Source of the DNA: Alphaproteobacteria bacterium
GTDB taxonomy: Bacteria; Pseudomonadota; Alphaproteobacteria; Rickettsiales; SXRF01
NCBI GenBank assembly: GCA_020049775.1
Contig: JAGVLO010000014.1
Coordinates: forward strand, 65,945-129,944
DNA length: 64,000 nucleotides
Direction of reading: 5' to 3'
In this document: positions 9,145 to 18,380 of the stretch, one piece after another
How the letters are laid out: every line of letters begins with the position of its first letter
Position numbering within the stretch: position 1 is the first letter of the stretch
Made by a program: the position numbers and the translations under genes
Notes under the pieces: generated by a model
What the model saw: only the letters and a program-made list of their open reading frames with translations
What the model was told of the DNA's origin: nothing
The model's database searches: none

Positions 9145-9876
9145 TCAATGTGCGGGCGCGTCGATAATCACGATTTCAGCATCCGTCGCAGCGGCGATAG
9201 TGATGGTTTTTTCATCGGTGATTTCAGCGCCATCACCCTGTTTCATCATCACGCCATTGACCGTGAAGCTGCCCTCAGACGCCAATATGTATGCCTGATG
9301 CTTGACGCTCTGGCTGATAACCGTGCCTGCCTTCATGCGCCCGCCATAAATGGCCGCGTCCTGATGAATGTATAGCGCGTCCTTGCCCGCATGTTGCGGC
9401 TGGCCGGACACCAGTGCAGGAAGCACGTCATCCACGAATTCCTTTGGAAATGCCTTGGCCTTCCAGCGCGGAGCAACGTTGCGTTCACCGGGTTCAATCC
9501 ATATCTGGTATAAAATCGTGTCTTCATTTTCCAGATTATATTCGGAGTGAAATACGCCCGTGCCTGCGCTCATCACCTGAACATCGCCCACACCGGTGCG
9601 GCCTGTGTTGCCCATGCTGTCTTTGTGGGTAATAGCACCCTGTCGGACATAGGTGATGATTTCCATGTTGTCATGCGGATGGGTAGAAAAGCCTTTGCCG
9701 GCAGCAACACGGTCGTCATTGATAACACGCAGAGTGCCAAACTCGGTGCGCTTGGGATTCCAGTAACGCGCAAAGCTGAAATGATGTCTTGCGTCCAGCC
9801 AGCCATGATCAGCATGACCAAGTGTTTCATAGGGATAGACATTAATCATAACATTCTCCTTGGCTTCTGCGCACAA
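9145..9876 (-). CDS. Pirin family protein (YhhW-like bicupin)
   Basis: GHADHGWLDARHHFSFA..., GFSTHPHDNMEIITYV and QVMSAGTGVFHSEYN. The true start is probably the internal MINVYP (about 9849). Confidence 0.9.
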   Translation of the reverse strand: MCAEAKENVMINVYPYETLGHADHGWLDARHHFSFARYWNPKRTEFGTLRVINDDRVAAGKGFSTHPHDNMEIITYVRQGAITHKDSMGNTGRTGVGDVQVMSAGTGVFHSEYNLENEDTILYQIWIEPGERNVAPRWKAKAFPKEFVDDVLPALVSGQPQHAGKDALYIHQDAAIYGGRMKAGTVISQSVKHQAYILASEGSFTVNGVMMKQGDGAEITDEKTITIAAATDAEIVIIDAPAH

Positions 9877-10335
9877 TTAGGCAGTAGCAAATTTGGGTAA
9901 TATATTGGATACGAATTTAACACGGTCGAGTGCAAAAGCGCCAGCGCCTTGCAATGCCACAACGGCTGCCGTTGCGACTAAGAAGGCAGGAAATTCCCAG
10001 CCACCATTGGGGCTAGAAAACACCCAGCCATTTCCGATATGCACCCATGTTGCACCCGCCAGCAACGGAATGCTCAGTAGCGCAGCAAGGCGCGTGAATA
10101 CGCCAAGCAGTATCGCCGTGCCGCCTGCCAGTTCGACGAAAATAGTAAGATATGCCGCAATTGGCGGCAGGCCCATGCTGCCAAAAAAAGCAACCGTACC
10201 CGGGATGGTGAAACCATAAACCTTCAACAAGCCGTGTGACAACAGCAACGTGCCGAGTGTCACGCGAAGCAATGCTGCGCCGTAATCCTGTGTAGTGTAG
10301 GTATTGTTTTGATAGTTACTCATAAAAATCTCCAT
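9877..10335 (-). CDS. DoxX family membrane protein
   Basis: 152 aa with four hydrophobic helices. LLRVTLGTLLLSHGLLK and FVELAGGTAILLGVFTRLAALL are DoxX-like. It abuts the pirin gene. Confidence 0.8.
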   Translation of the reverse strand: MEIFMSNYQNNTYTTQDYGAALLRVTLGTLLLSHGLLKVYGFTIPGTVAFFGSMGLPPIAAYLTIFVELAGGTAILLGVFTRLAALLSIPLLAGATWVHIGNGWVFSSPNGGWEFPAFLVATAAVVALQGAGAFALDRVKFVSNILPKFATA

Positions 10336-10413
10336 GTGTTGTGGTTATGAACCCATTATTACTTATTCCGTTTATAATGATAATATGCTAATATGTTACA
10401 TTATTAGTTCTAT

Positions 10414-11331
10414 TTGGTTATTAATATGGATTCTCTCGGTCGCACGGAAGTCTTTGTAGAAGTTGCAAAAAATCGTAGCTTTTCCAAAGCAGCAAAGCAG
10501 ATGGGTATGACCGGCCCTGCCGCCAGCAAACAGGTGATGGCGCTGGAGGAAGACCTTGGCATCAAACTGCTTCACCGCACCACACGGCTGGTGACACTCA
10601 CCGATGAAGGCGCTGTTTATTATGAAAGGTCGCGCCACGCTCTGGAGGAATTGAGGGAAGCCACAGCGCAGATTCAGGATATGAAGGCAACACCCAAAGG
10701 CGTGCTTCGTATCAATGTGCCGTTGTCCTTCGGCCATATGCATTTGCTGAGCGCCCTGTCGAGCTTTGCCAAAAAATATCCGGAAATAAAAATGGAAGTG
10801 GCGCTGGAAGATCGCAAGATAGACGTGATAGCCGAAGGCTATGACATAGTCGTGCGCATCGCCACCCTCAATGATTCCAGCCTGATTGCAAGACCGCTGG
10901 GTGATTGTCCCGTGTATCTTGTGGCATCGCCCGAGTATGTATCGGAGCACGGATTACCCGATTCACCCAAGTCATTAAAAGACCACCGCTTCATTGCCTT
11001 TTCCATTCATGGCGGGGCAAGCGAATGGAAATACCGCGACAAGCAAGGCAGGTATGGGGCGATAAGGCTGGAAGGCGCATTCAAGGCCAACACAGCGGAG
11101 ATGATGTTACAAGCCGCATTGGACGGGGTGGGCATTGCGCTGCTGCCCATTTTTACTATCGCCACACACCTCAAAGCCAAACAGCTGGTGCGTGTGTTAC
11201 CCGCCTACGAGACATCGCCGATGCTGCAAATCAATGCCCTGATGCCGCCCAATCGCTACCGATCGAACAAGGTGAAGCTGCTAGCCGACTGGCTGGAACA
11301 CGCTTGTAAGGCGATGCCATTTGGAAAATAA
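10414..11331 (+). CDS. LysR family transcriptional regulator, divergent from the DoxX-pirin-OYE operon
   Basis: N-terminal HTH FVEVAKNRSFSKAAKQMGMTGPAASKQVMALEEDLGIKLLHRTTR, followed by a LysR substrate-binding-domain pattern. The probable start is MDSLGR (10426). A 78-bp AT-rich divergent intergenic region lies at 10336-10413. Confidence 0.9.
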   Translation: MVINMDSLGRTEVFVEVAKNRSFSKAAKQMGMTGPAASKQVMALEEDLGIKLLHRTTRLVTLTDEGAVYYERSRHALEELREATAQIQDMKATPKGVLRINVPLSFGHMHLLSALSSFAKKYPEIKMEVALEDRKIDVIAEGYDIVVRIATLNDSSLIARPLGDCPVYLVASPEYVSEHGLPDSPKSLKDHRFIAFSIHGGASEWKYRDKQGRYGAIRLEGAFKANTAEMMLQAALDGVGIALLPIFTIATHLKAKQLVRVLPAYETSPMLQINALMPPNRYRSNKVKLLADWLEHACKAMPFGK

Positions 11332-11475
11332 TATTATTCTGTCTGATGGATCTTGGTGGATTTATCAACAGATTGCATGAGTTGCCGCAATTGCTCTTCA
11401 TGCCTTTGCTGCTCTTGTGACAACACTGCATATGAATCGGGCTGGAGTGTGATAACATTCTCCAGCAGTTTCTTG

Positions 11476-13035
11476 TTATCGTAATGCACGCAGGCCACCT
11501 TTCTGCTCAGCAGGTGCAATCTGTATAGTACCGCCAAGCTGTGTACCAAGCGCCATATCACGCAATACATTGCGATGGGCAACATTTCCTTCAAAGGCTG
11601 CAATATCGGAAATCACCATTTTTTTCTGGCTATCGATTACTGCCACAGGTTCTGACAGCTGGGCATCTTTGGTAATGGCCAATGTAAAACCGGAAGCAAG
11701 GAATTTTTCCGTGTAAGCCCTGAGCGCCTCCTCCTCATTCATTTGCGGAAACGCACAGTGGCACATTTCAGCAAACGCATGAACATCATGCACATACATC
11801 ATGCTCTTGGCAGCATCAATAGTACCATAATGCGCCGGTGCTTTACCTGCGTGGCGCTCGTAAAGATGCACGGTAATATCGGTTTCACGAAATTGCGGTT
11901 GTGTCAGCAGTAAAAGGCTGTTTGCCGAAGCAGCCGTTGACCAGCCGACATCTGTGGCGCTTGGCGCTCTGCCCCCTGCCTTCCTGCGCACATCAGCCTC
12001 TTTTATCGCTTCTTCTTTTGAGATGGAGATATGATGTGCAACAACTTTTCCCCCGCTGGCAATGCCTTCCAGCACCTCAAACGAACCCAGCACGATACTG
12101 TTGAGTACTACATTCGGGGCCTCGAATTTCTGGCGCGCGAGATAACCACGCTTGCGTGTCCCCTCATACAGCGCATTGGACGATTCCGCCTGCACTTCCG
12201 GCCCGGCATACTGGTGATCCGCAGGTAACATGCCTTCCGCATGGGCGCTTTTGTACAATGCGTATTTCAGATAATCGGCATTATGTAAAACCAGATCCTG
12301 ACGCACGTCATCCGGCAGTTGTTTCAGGTAATGCCTGGTCATTTCACTCTTGCCACTGCCCATGCTACCGATAAATAACGTCATCAGACGGTCACTGGCC
12401 GGATGCATCGTCAGCATTTTTTCCGATGTAAAATTTTGCTGAATATATTCTTCCACCATGCTGCGTCCGATATCACGGTAATGCTTGTATTCAAGATTAC
12501 GCTCGGTCCAGTAGGCTGTCAGGCTACCCGGCGTTTCGCCCTGCCTCGGTGAATAGTCGCCTGTTTCCATGCGGCTGCGAATAGTGCCGTAAGCTTCAAT
12601 GGCTTTTTTCTGCCAGCGCGGTGGATAGTCAATAATGTTCCATGTGTTATTGAAGCGCACAGGGTCCCAGCGTTTTCCAGATTCTACTCTTTCTATCTGT
12701 TCACAGAAGAACCCTGCTTCATTTTGCTTGGCAGCTAGTATAGGTTTTGCCCGCTCCACGCGCCTGCAATATTCATCATGCAATTTCGCATACATGCCAT
12801 CGGCAAGCACAGCTATTTCCTCTGCCCTACCCGCTTCATCCACCTGAGACATCTTTACATAGGTTTGTATCCCGTTAAGGCAGGCGTGATACAGCACACG
12901 CTCCGACGCAAGGGTTGCGGTCGTGACCATCTTGATATCGGAATAGCCGAGCGCATTGCATACCTCTTCCAGATCTTCTTGCCGGAAATGGCTGGAATAG
13001 GTGAGGTCTGTGGAATGCGGAGGTATCGGACGCAT
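11476..13035 (-). CDS. P-loop protein with a zeta-toxin/AvrRxo1-like kinase core (519 aa); last gene of the NAD operon
   Basis: Walker A is LFIGSMGSGKSE (residues 223-230, nt 12346-12369). About 20 residues later comes VLHNADYLKYAL, an Asp-containing strand as in zeta-type kinases. The N- and C-terminal regions (~200 aa each) are unrecognised. The gene starts 5 nt after the radical SAM stop. Confidence 0.4.
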   Translation of the reverse strand: MRPIPPHSTDLTYSSHFRQEDLEEVCNALGYSDIKMVTTATLASERVLYHACLNGIQTYVKMSQVDEAGRAEEIAVLADGMYAKLHDEYCRRVERAKPILAAKQNEAGFFCEQIERVESGKRWDPVRFNNTWNIIDYPPRWQKKAIEAYGTIRSRMETGDYSPRQGETPGSLTAYWTERNLEYKHYRDIGRSMVEEYIQQNFTSEKMLTMHPASDRLMTLFIGSMGSGKSEMTRHYLKQLPDDVRQDLVLHNADYLKYALYKSAHAEGMLPADHQYAGPEVQAESSNALYEGTRKRGYLARQKFEAPNVVLNSIVLGSFEVLEGIASGGKVVAHHISISKEEAIKEADVRRKAGGRAPSATDVGWSTAASANSLLLLTQPQFRETDITVHLYERHAGKAPAHYGTIDAAKSMMYVHDVHAFAEMCHCAFPQMNEEEALRAYTEKFLASGFTLAITKDAQLSEPVAVIDSQKKMVISDIAAFEGNVAHRNVLRDMALGTQLGGTIQIAPAEQKGGLRALR

Positions 13036-13040
13036 GCAGA

Positions 13041-14435
13041 TTATTTTATAATTGGCAGGTTATAAGTTTGCACCTTACGCTTGCCGCTTGAAAGCTCCGG
13101 CATTTCATTTTCTTTTTCATTCGGGTTAAGGCCTTCGGGAATTTGTGTCTTCGCGGGCTTTTCAGGATCAAACCATTTTCTCCAGCCTTCATTCTCCATG
13201 CCAAACTGCTTTTCCAGTTCGCGGAAACGTAAATCAAGATTATCGCCATTATGGAAATTACGCACTTCCTTATACGCATCCGAATGGTAGTAGGCCAACT
13301 GTACGGCCACAGCCATGTGCTTATGCCAGTCAGCAAGTTTTTCTTTAGAAAAGACAGGCGTTTTTGAATCAAATTTTATAAAATCGTCTTCTGTAACACG
13401 ATCTTTATAGCGATCCCAAATACCAGTACCAGGGAACGGCATCATGAAATTAGCCGCAACCATTGCAGGCTTGTAATCGCAAAAAGCTTGGAAAAGCGCA
13501 TGATAATCCTGTAACGATTCATTCAAGCTCTTGCCATGATCATTAACAATAAAACTCAGATTAATTTTTATACCATGCTTCTTTGCAAGTTCGATGGCCG
13601 ATGCAAGATCACGGTTTTTACGGTAGCTGGTATTAATTTCTTCTAGCCCTAGATTCAAGCTATGCCAGCCGTTTTCTGCAAGAAAACGCATCTTCTCGTC
13701 TGTTAGCGTTGTTGCCGTACCAAAAGAGTATAAAACATCAAAATCACCTTTGCCATACACTTGCGCGACTTCCTTTAGTTGTGGGCGCGTCGTGAACGAT
13801 TCATCACTAACAAATACCGCCTTCACTCCGCGCTGCTTAAGATCGGCAACGTCCTCCTCTACCCTTTCAATTTCATAGGTTGTCATTTTCCTGTCAGACA
13901 ACTTAGGTGTCGCACAAAACTCACAATCAAACGGACAGCCTACACTAGAGGTAGAACGCCCCGTCATCATGCCAGGAAAGACATCTGGATATATCTGACG
14001 CATTTTCTTCATATCCACGAGTTCACGATGCATTTTTCTTGAGCCTGGCTTGCCTCGCACAACACCCTTTTGGGGGCTTTCAATGATTTCTTCGATATTT
14101 GATGTAAGACCCGTAACCACCTTGTCAGCATACTTTGCTGTCGCTGCCGGATCAGCCGATGGATGGTAACCGCCAGCAATAATCTTTTCTTTGCCGACCT
14201 TCTCAGAAAATTTCTGGAACTCCTTCCATCCACGTGTGTAAACAGAGCATAAAACTAAATCACAGTCTTTTGCCTTTTCAGGATCATTATCTTCAATAAA
14301 GATATTCACATCGCCGGGGCGCTCTGATGCAAGATAAAGTACACTTGGTTCCAGCCTTTGGCCAAGCTCATGAGTTGACTGATTTGTCAAATGCGTATCG
14401 GTAAATTTGGGAAACACACAAAGACCAATTTTCAT
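13041..14435 (-). CDS. B12-binding-domain-type radical SAM protein
   Basis: CxxxCxxC cluster motif GCPFDCEFCATPK preceded by a ~150-aa Rossmann-like N-terminal domain (IIAGGYHPS). Length is 464 aa. Confidence 0.75.
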   Translation of the reverse strand: MKIGLCVFPKFTDTHLTNQSTHELGQRLEPSVLYLASERPGDVNIFIEDNDPEKAKDCDLVLCSVYTRGWKEFQKFSEKVGKEKIIAGGYHPSADPAATAKYADKVVTGLTSNIEEIIESPQKGVVRGKPGSRKMHRELVDMKKMRQIYPDVFPGMMTGRSTSSVGCPFDCEFCATPKLSDRKMTTYEIERVEEDVADLKQRGVKAVFVSDESFTTRPQLKEVAQVYGKGDFDVLYSFGTATTLTDEKMRFLAENGWHSLNLGLEEINTSYRKNRDLASAIELAKKHGIKINLSFIVNDHGKSLNESLQDYHALFQAFCDYKPAMVAANFMMPFPGTGIWDRYKDRVTEDDFIKFDSKTPVFSKEKLADWHKHMAVAVQLAYYHSDAYKEVRNFHNGDNLDLRFRELEKQFGMENEGWRKWFDPEKPAKTQIPEGLNPNEKENEMPELSSGKRKVQTYNLPIIK

Positions 14436-14444
14436 ACAACTCTC

Positions 14445-17400
14445 CTATTGTAATGATGCGGTTTTAGTGCTGTCTGGATCACGCGCTGATGCCCGCTTCC
14501 TCCAGTCACCTGCCTTTTGCAATATATCTGCCATAGGGTTCGCCTTAAGCAATGAATCGAAGCCTTTTTCCTTCATATGATCATAGAGTGTCCCTACCTT
14601 CAGCTTGCGGCCATCTGTAGCAGCAGGTGTCCACATTTTAGAGGTAAGCGCCATGCCAAACTCATCATCTACCAATGCGCGTGTTGAAAGCTCGCGCAGG
14701 CTATACCCGCCGGTAAGCTCCTCGATATTTGAACCATCGCGCCTTGCCATTTCATCAAGGCAATGAAGCGCCATTTGCGCCAGTTCCGGCTTATGGAAAG
14801 CGCTTGTATTGGGTGTGCGCAAAGATGACTGATGGTCAATATTCTTGCCGTAAGTCGAGGCAATTGGGCTGCCATGCACTTTGAACTGCGCATGCGCCCA
14901 TTTGTCGTAAGACAAGCGGATACGGTCATGCAACATCTCTATGCTGTCGCCTTCAAATGCCTTATGCTTACAGCATTTTTGCAATACCTCTGTGGGATTA
15001 TTCTTGCGCTCATTCTGCACAGACGGGCGGTCGTAAAGCATATAGTGCGAAATCACATCCATCTGCTCAAAGCTACGGCCAAGCTGGTCTTCGTCAAACT
15101 GCGTTACCTTGCCGTCCTTGCTCTTTGGCTGCAGCTCGGCTGATGGCCTGTTTTTGTTGGCCCAGTGCAGTGCTTTCACCGGCTTAATGCCCTCCAGCCC
15201 ATGGTCTTCAAGCAATGCCATATGGTCCAGCTGGCGTTGTTTGTTTTTATGAGCATTGCCGCTTATCATACCGCCATGGAGGTCGCCACCCCATGTAGCA
15301 TACGAATTACGCCCTTCATCAAGGTTAGGATTGGCGATAGCAATCTTATTTTCAACGTTTGAGAACAGCATAATCAGCACCTGACGCAGACGCGCCTGAA
15401 TATTTTCATACGCCAGCTGATGCTCTTCCCTTGCCGTGGAAAGCACATCATGCGAAACTTCCTCAAAGGTTGCTTTCACCACTTCAACGCGGCGCTCTAG
15501 TTCTTCACGTGTAGTATCATCAGCGCGGGTCTGCAGGATGGCTGTTATTTCCTTGCGGATCTCTAATTCTCGCGCATCTTCCGTCTTGCCCGGGTTCACG
15601 CCAGAGAAAATCTCGGCGTAGATTTCTACCAACCGCTGCACATTACGGTAATGGAACTCACCGCCAATGCCTGCATAAACAGACGCGTCATCCTTTTTAT
15701 CCGCCAATAATTGCCTGACGTTGGCTGCGACCTGCTTATCTGATTGCGTGCCATCGATAAGTGTTTGCAGTTGCGCATCTATTTGTTTGTAAACATCTGA
15801 TTGTTTGTCAGTACTGCCGCCTACTACCAATGTGAATGCTGCACGCAGCGTATCGAGTGAACTGTTATCCGTACCCATATAGACACTGGTCAGCATCTGG
15901 TCAGAAATAAAGCTGATAGCTGTTTCTTCGCCTTTTTCTTTCAATATGCGCATGGCTTCCGGCTTGCATTTCAGATGGCTCATGGCATCAAAAAATCCTT
16001 CTACACCGCGTTCATGGCAAGCCAGTTGCACCATCAAGCCCACTTTGGTCGCGTTATACGAAGAATCCGCACCGCCGCTAAGCGCCTGACTTATGCCCTG
16101 CAGCTTGTTCTTGCGCATATAGTCAAACAACCAGAGCAACTCGTTGCGCATTTCTTCTTCAAATTCACGGCGCGGGCCTTTTTCCCATTGGGCAGGGCCA
16201 TCCTGTACGGGTGCTGCGTACTTATCTTTGAACTGATGCGCTATCACGACGTGCGGCGCGTGTCCTTTATCAACCGGCGGTGTTACACTCACTATCTGGC
16301 TGGTGTAGGCTACATCCTTAAAACTATTGCGCACCCCTTCAGAAACAATCTGCCCCTTTTGCGCCATCAGGCGCCCGCCAAACTGTGCAAAGGTAGAACC
16401 GGAACTTCCTAAGCCGTCAGTATCCACAAAGACATCACAATGACGTGATGCCAGCGTGTCCAGCTCGTAATGCTTATCGATTTTATTTGCGGCCGGAGGG
16501 CTTGCATTAGGGTTAATCGCTACAGTGATAGCAAAGTCATTGCTTTTTACTGCCAGCGGGTTGTCGCGCTCATAATCGCTGTTGTCCTCGGCTTGCCCTT
16601 CAAAGCGCGAACCAACCCATTTGCCATGGCATATCACATGATAAAGGTTGGCACGCTTGCTGCTATCTCCCACCTGCACCACGGGGTCGCCAAATGGTAT
16701 GACTTTCTTAGGCATGCTCACGCCGTTACCCAGGTCAATTTCTGGCAGCGCTATGGAAAACGCGCCGTCCCTGCCCTGCCCGTATTCGTTTCTATATTCG
16801 TTTGCGGCACGCTGGCTGAACTGCGAAAAATGCCGCTTTTCATAACCGCGTTCATAGTTGAACAAATAGGACTTGGCGGACATGGCAACAATCTCGCCAC
16901 CACTAATAAACGACTGCACATTGAAATTCTGGTTTTCAATATTATAAAGCGGGTTTTGCAGGCGCTCTAACTGAGAAGGTAGCGATTTATCCGCAAAATA
17001 CCACGGATGACCCACCGATATAATCAGGTTCGGATCTTTGCTGGCCGCATAGTCAGCAATCAGCTGCAGCATTTCACGTGTTTTCATGTTATCGGAATAA
17101 TAAAAATCGTCGCCGCGCTCGTAACCGCTCAGGCCCAGCTCTTCAAGACATAACATATCGGCACCGTCACCAACCGCCATGTCGATGGCCCTGCATATAT
17201 TTTTTATATTTCTGGGCCAATCACCGCCGGTCTGGTTACAGCTAGCGGAGGCGATTTTCATCTGGAATGGGGCTTCGGTCGTCATAGGCTGTGCGCTTTT
17301 CATTTTATGTTTAAGCATGGTTATAGCGGCGGCGGATAGAGTATCTGCTGTCACCGCGCCTGATTTTTTAGCTTCGTTTATTATACCTGCAGTAGATAGA

Positions 17401-18113
17401 GCTGCCTCACGGTGCAGCCTTTCCAGTGAGAGGTCTAGCATGGTAATCGGTATTCCTGCCTGCTCCAGCAATGCTTTGTCAGGGTTGGACTCACGCGCGT
17501 TTTTTGCAATGGCGGTGATATAATCCGGCGCAGCAAATAACGCTCGCTGGGACGGACTCAGATGCTCCAGATCCAGCTTGCGCAAATCAGTAGCGTTCAT
17601 TTTATCATCGTCAGGATGTATATTGAACGATTCCCACGCACCCATGCCGCGTTCGGCAAAGCCTTTTGCATAAGAACTGAGCGCGCGGATTTTACTATCT
17701 TCCTGCAACGTATCAGATGTTTTTGATCGGTAATGTACCACCGACTTTCCTGCAAAATCGCCTCTCTGAATCATGGTGAAAAATTGGTCGAACCATTTTT
17801 CGGGATGCCCAAGATCCGGCATCGATAAAATACGGCTGTCATCATATAAGTCGGGGACAGCCCTTCGCAATTGTTCCTTTTGCTGTTCCAGCGTCAGCGG
17901 ATTGCGTATGGGATCAAATAGCGGGCTGTCAGCATTGTTTGCTGATCCGATAAACATTACAGGTTCAAGTCCGGCTTCCTTGATTTCACGAAGGCAATCG
18001 ACGTGAACCCTGTGCATCGGCGCGCGGCGACCTATGGAAATGCCGTAACGTATGCCGCGTGTGGCAAGATCGCCCTTTACGTTATTAGCATTACCGCGCA
18101 GACTTTCTTGCAT
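14445..18113 (-). CDS. nadE: Tri-domain fusion: NadM-type nicotinamide/nicotinate-mononucleotide adenylyltransferase-like domain + carbon-nitrogen hydrolase (glutaminase) + PP-loop NAD+ synthetase
   Basis: Residues ~20-80: YGISIGRRAPMHRVH and FIGSANN...NPLTLEQQ resemble the NadM motifs GRFQPFHxGH and GSAQ..NPFT. Residues ~285-620: KIASASCNQTGGDWPRNIKNICRAIDMAVGDGADMLCLEELGLSGY plus a later ICHGKW cysteine match a CN-hydrolase. Downstream, ISQALSGGADSS is the PP-loop of NAD synthetase. Total 1222 aa. Confidence 0.7.
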   Translation of the reverse strand: MQESLRGNANNVKGDLATRGIRYGISIGRRAPMHRVHVDCLREIKEAGLEPVMFIGSANNADSPLFDPIRNPLTLEQQKEQLRRAVPDLYDDSRILSMPDLGHPEKWFDQFFTMIQRGDFAGKSVVHYRSKTSDTLQEDSKIRALSSYAKGFAERGMGAWESFNIHPDDDKMNATDLRKLDLEHLSPSQRALFAAPDYITAIAKNARESNPDKALLEQAGIPITMLDLSLERLHREAALSTAGIINEAKKSGAVTADTLSAAAITMLKHKMKSAQPMTTEAPFQMKIASASCNQTGGDWPRNIKNICRAIDMAVGDGADMLCLEELGLSGYERGDDFYYSDNMKTREMLQLIADYAASKDPNLIISVGHPWYFADKSLPSQLERLQNPLYNIENQNFNVQSFISGGEIVAMSAKSYLFNYERGYEKRHFSQFSQRAANEYRNEYGQGRDGAFSIALPEIDLGNGVSMPKKVIPFGDPVVQVGDSSKRANLYHVICHGKWVGSRFEGQAEDNSDYERDNPLAVKSNDFAITVAINPNASPPAANKIDKHYELDTLASRHCDVFVDTDGLGSSGSTFAQFGGRLMAQKGQIVSEGVRNSFKDVAYTSQIVSVTPPVDKGHAPHVVIAHQFKDKYAAPVQDGPAQWEKGPRREFEEEMRNELLWLFDYMRKNKLQGISQALSGGADSSYNATKVGLMVQLACHERGVEGFFDAMSHLKCKPEAMRILKEKGEETAISFISDQMLTSVYMGTDNSSLDTLRAAFTLVVGGSTDKQSDVYKQIDAQLQTLIDGTQSDKQVAANVRQLLADKKDDASVYAGIGGEFHYRNVQRLVEIYAEIFSGVNPGKTEDARELEIRKEITAILQTRADDTTREELERRVEVVKATFEEVSHDVLSTAREEHQLAYENIQARLRQVLIMLFSNVENKIAIANPNLDEGRNSYATWGGDLHGGMISGNAHKNKQRQLDHMALLEDHGLEGIKPVKALHWANKNRPSAELQPKSKDGKVTQFDEDQLGRSFEQMDVISHYMLYDRPSVQNERKNNPTEVLQKCCKHKAFEGDSIEMLHDRIRLSYDKWAHAQFKVHGSPIASTYGKNIDHQSSLRTPNTSAFHKPELAQMALHCLDEMARRDGSNIEELTGGYSLRELSTRALVDDEFGMALTSKMWTPAATDGRKLKVGTLYDHMKEKGFDSLLKANPMADILQKAGDWRKRASARDPDSTKTASLQ

Positions 18114-18118
18114 AACGC

Positions 18119-18379
18119 TTATCCCGCATATCCGTAATTGGCACGCATATGGGCGATAATGGCATAGGGCGGCTCAACGCCGTAACCAGATTCCAGGATA
18201 GTGCCGAATTCTTCAAAACTTACAGCACCGGCGCTAACCGCTTTCTGAAATGCGCGCACTCGGATATTATCAACGCTCACAAAATACCAAGCGGGTTGTG
18301 CAGTGTAATCCTCACCGCCATGCACCAGATAGACCGTATCATTACGGCTGGCAACCGCCTTTGCAAAGGCTGTTTTCAT
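18119..18379 (-). CDS. Hypothetical 86-aa protein inside the NAD operon
   Basis: ORF sits 1 nt after the nicotinamidase stop and 5 nt before the nadE-fusion start. No motif recognised. Confidence 0.5.
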   Translation of the reverse strand: MKTAFAKAVASRNDTVYLVHGGEDYTAQPAWYFVSVDNIRVRAFQKAVSAGAVSFEEFGTILESGYGVEPPYAIIAHMRANYGYAG

Positions 18380-18380
18380 T

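Noticed and set aside
10336-10413. Attempt to pinpoint a LysR T-N11-A operator in the doxX/lysR divergent region
   Set aside because: The region is so AT-rich that several imperfect dyads can be drawn by eye. I cannot support a specific site without a matrix or footprint data.
10396-10950. 184-aa minus-strand ORF overlapping the LysR regulator
   Set aside because: It is antisense to a gene with a clear LysR HTH. Its translation is His/Cys/Phe-rich with no motif.
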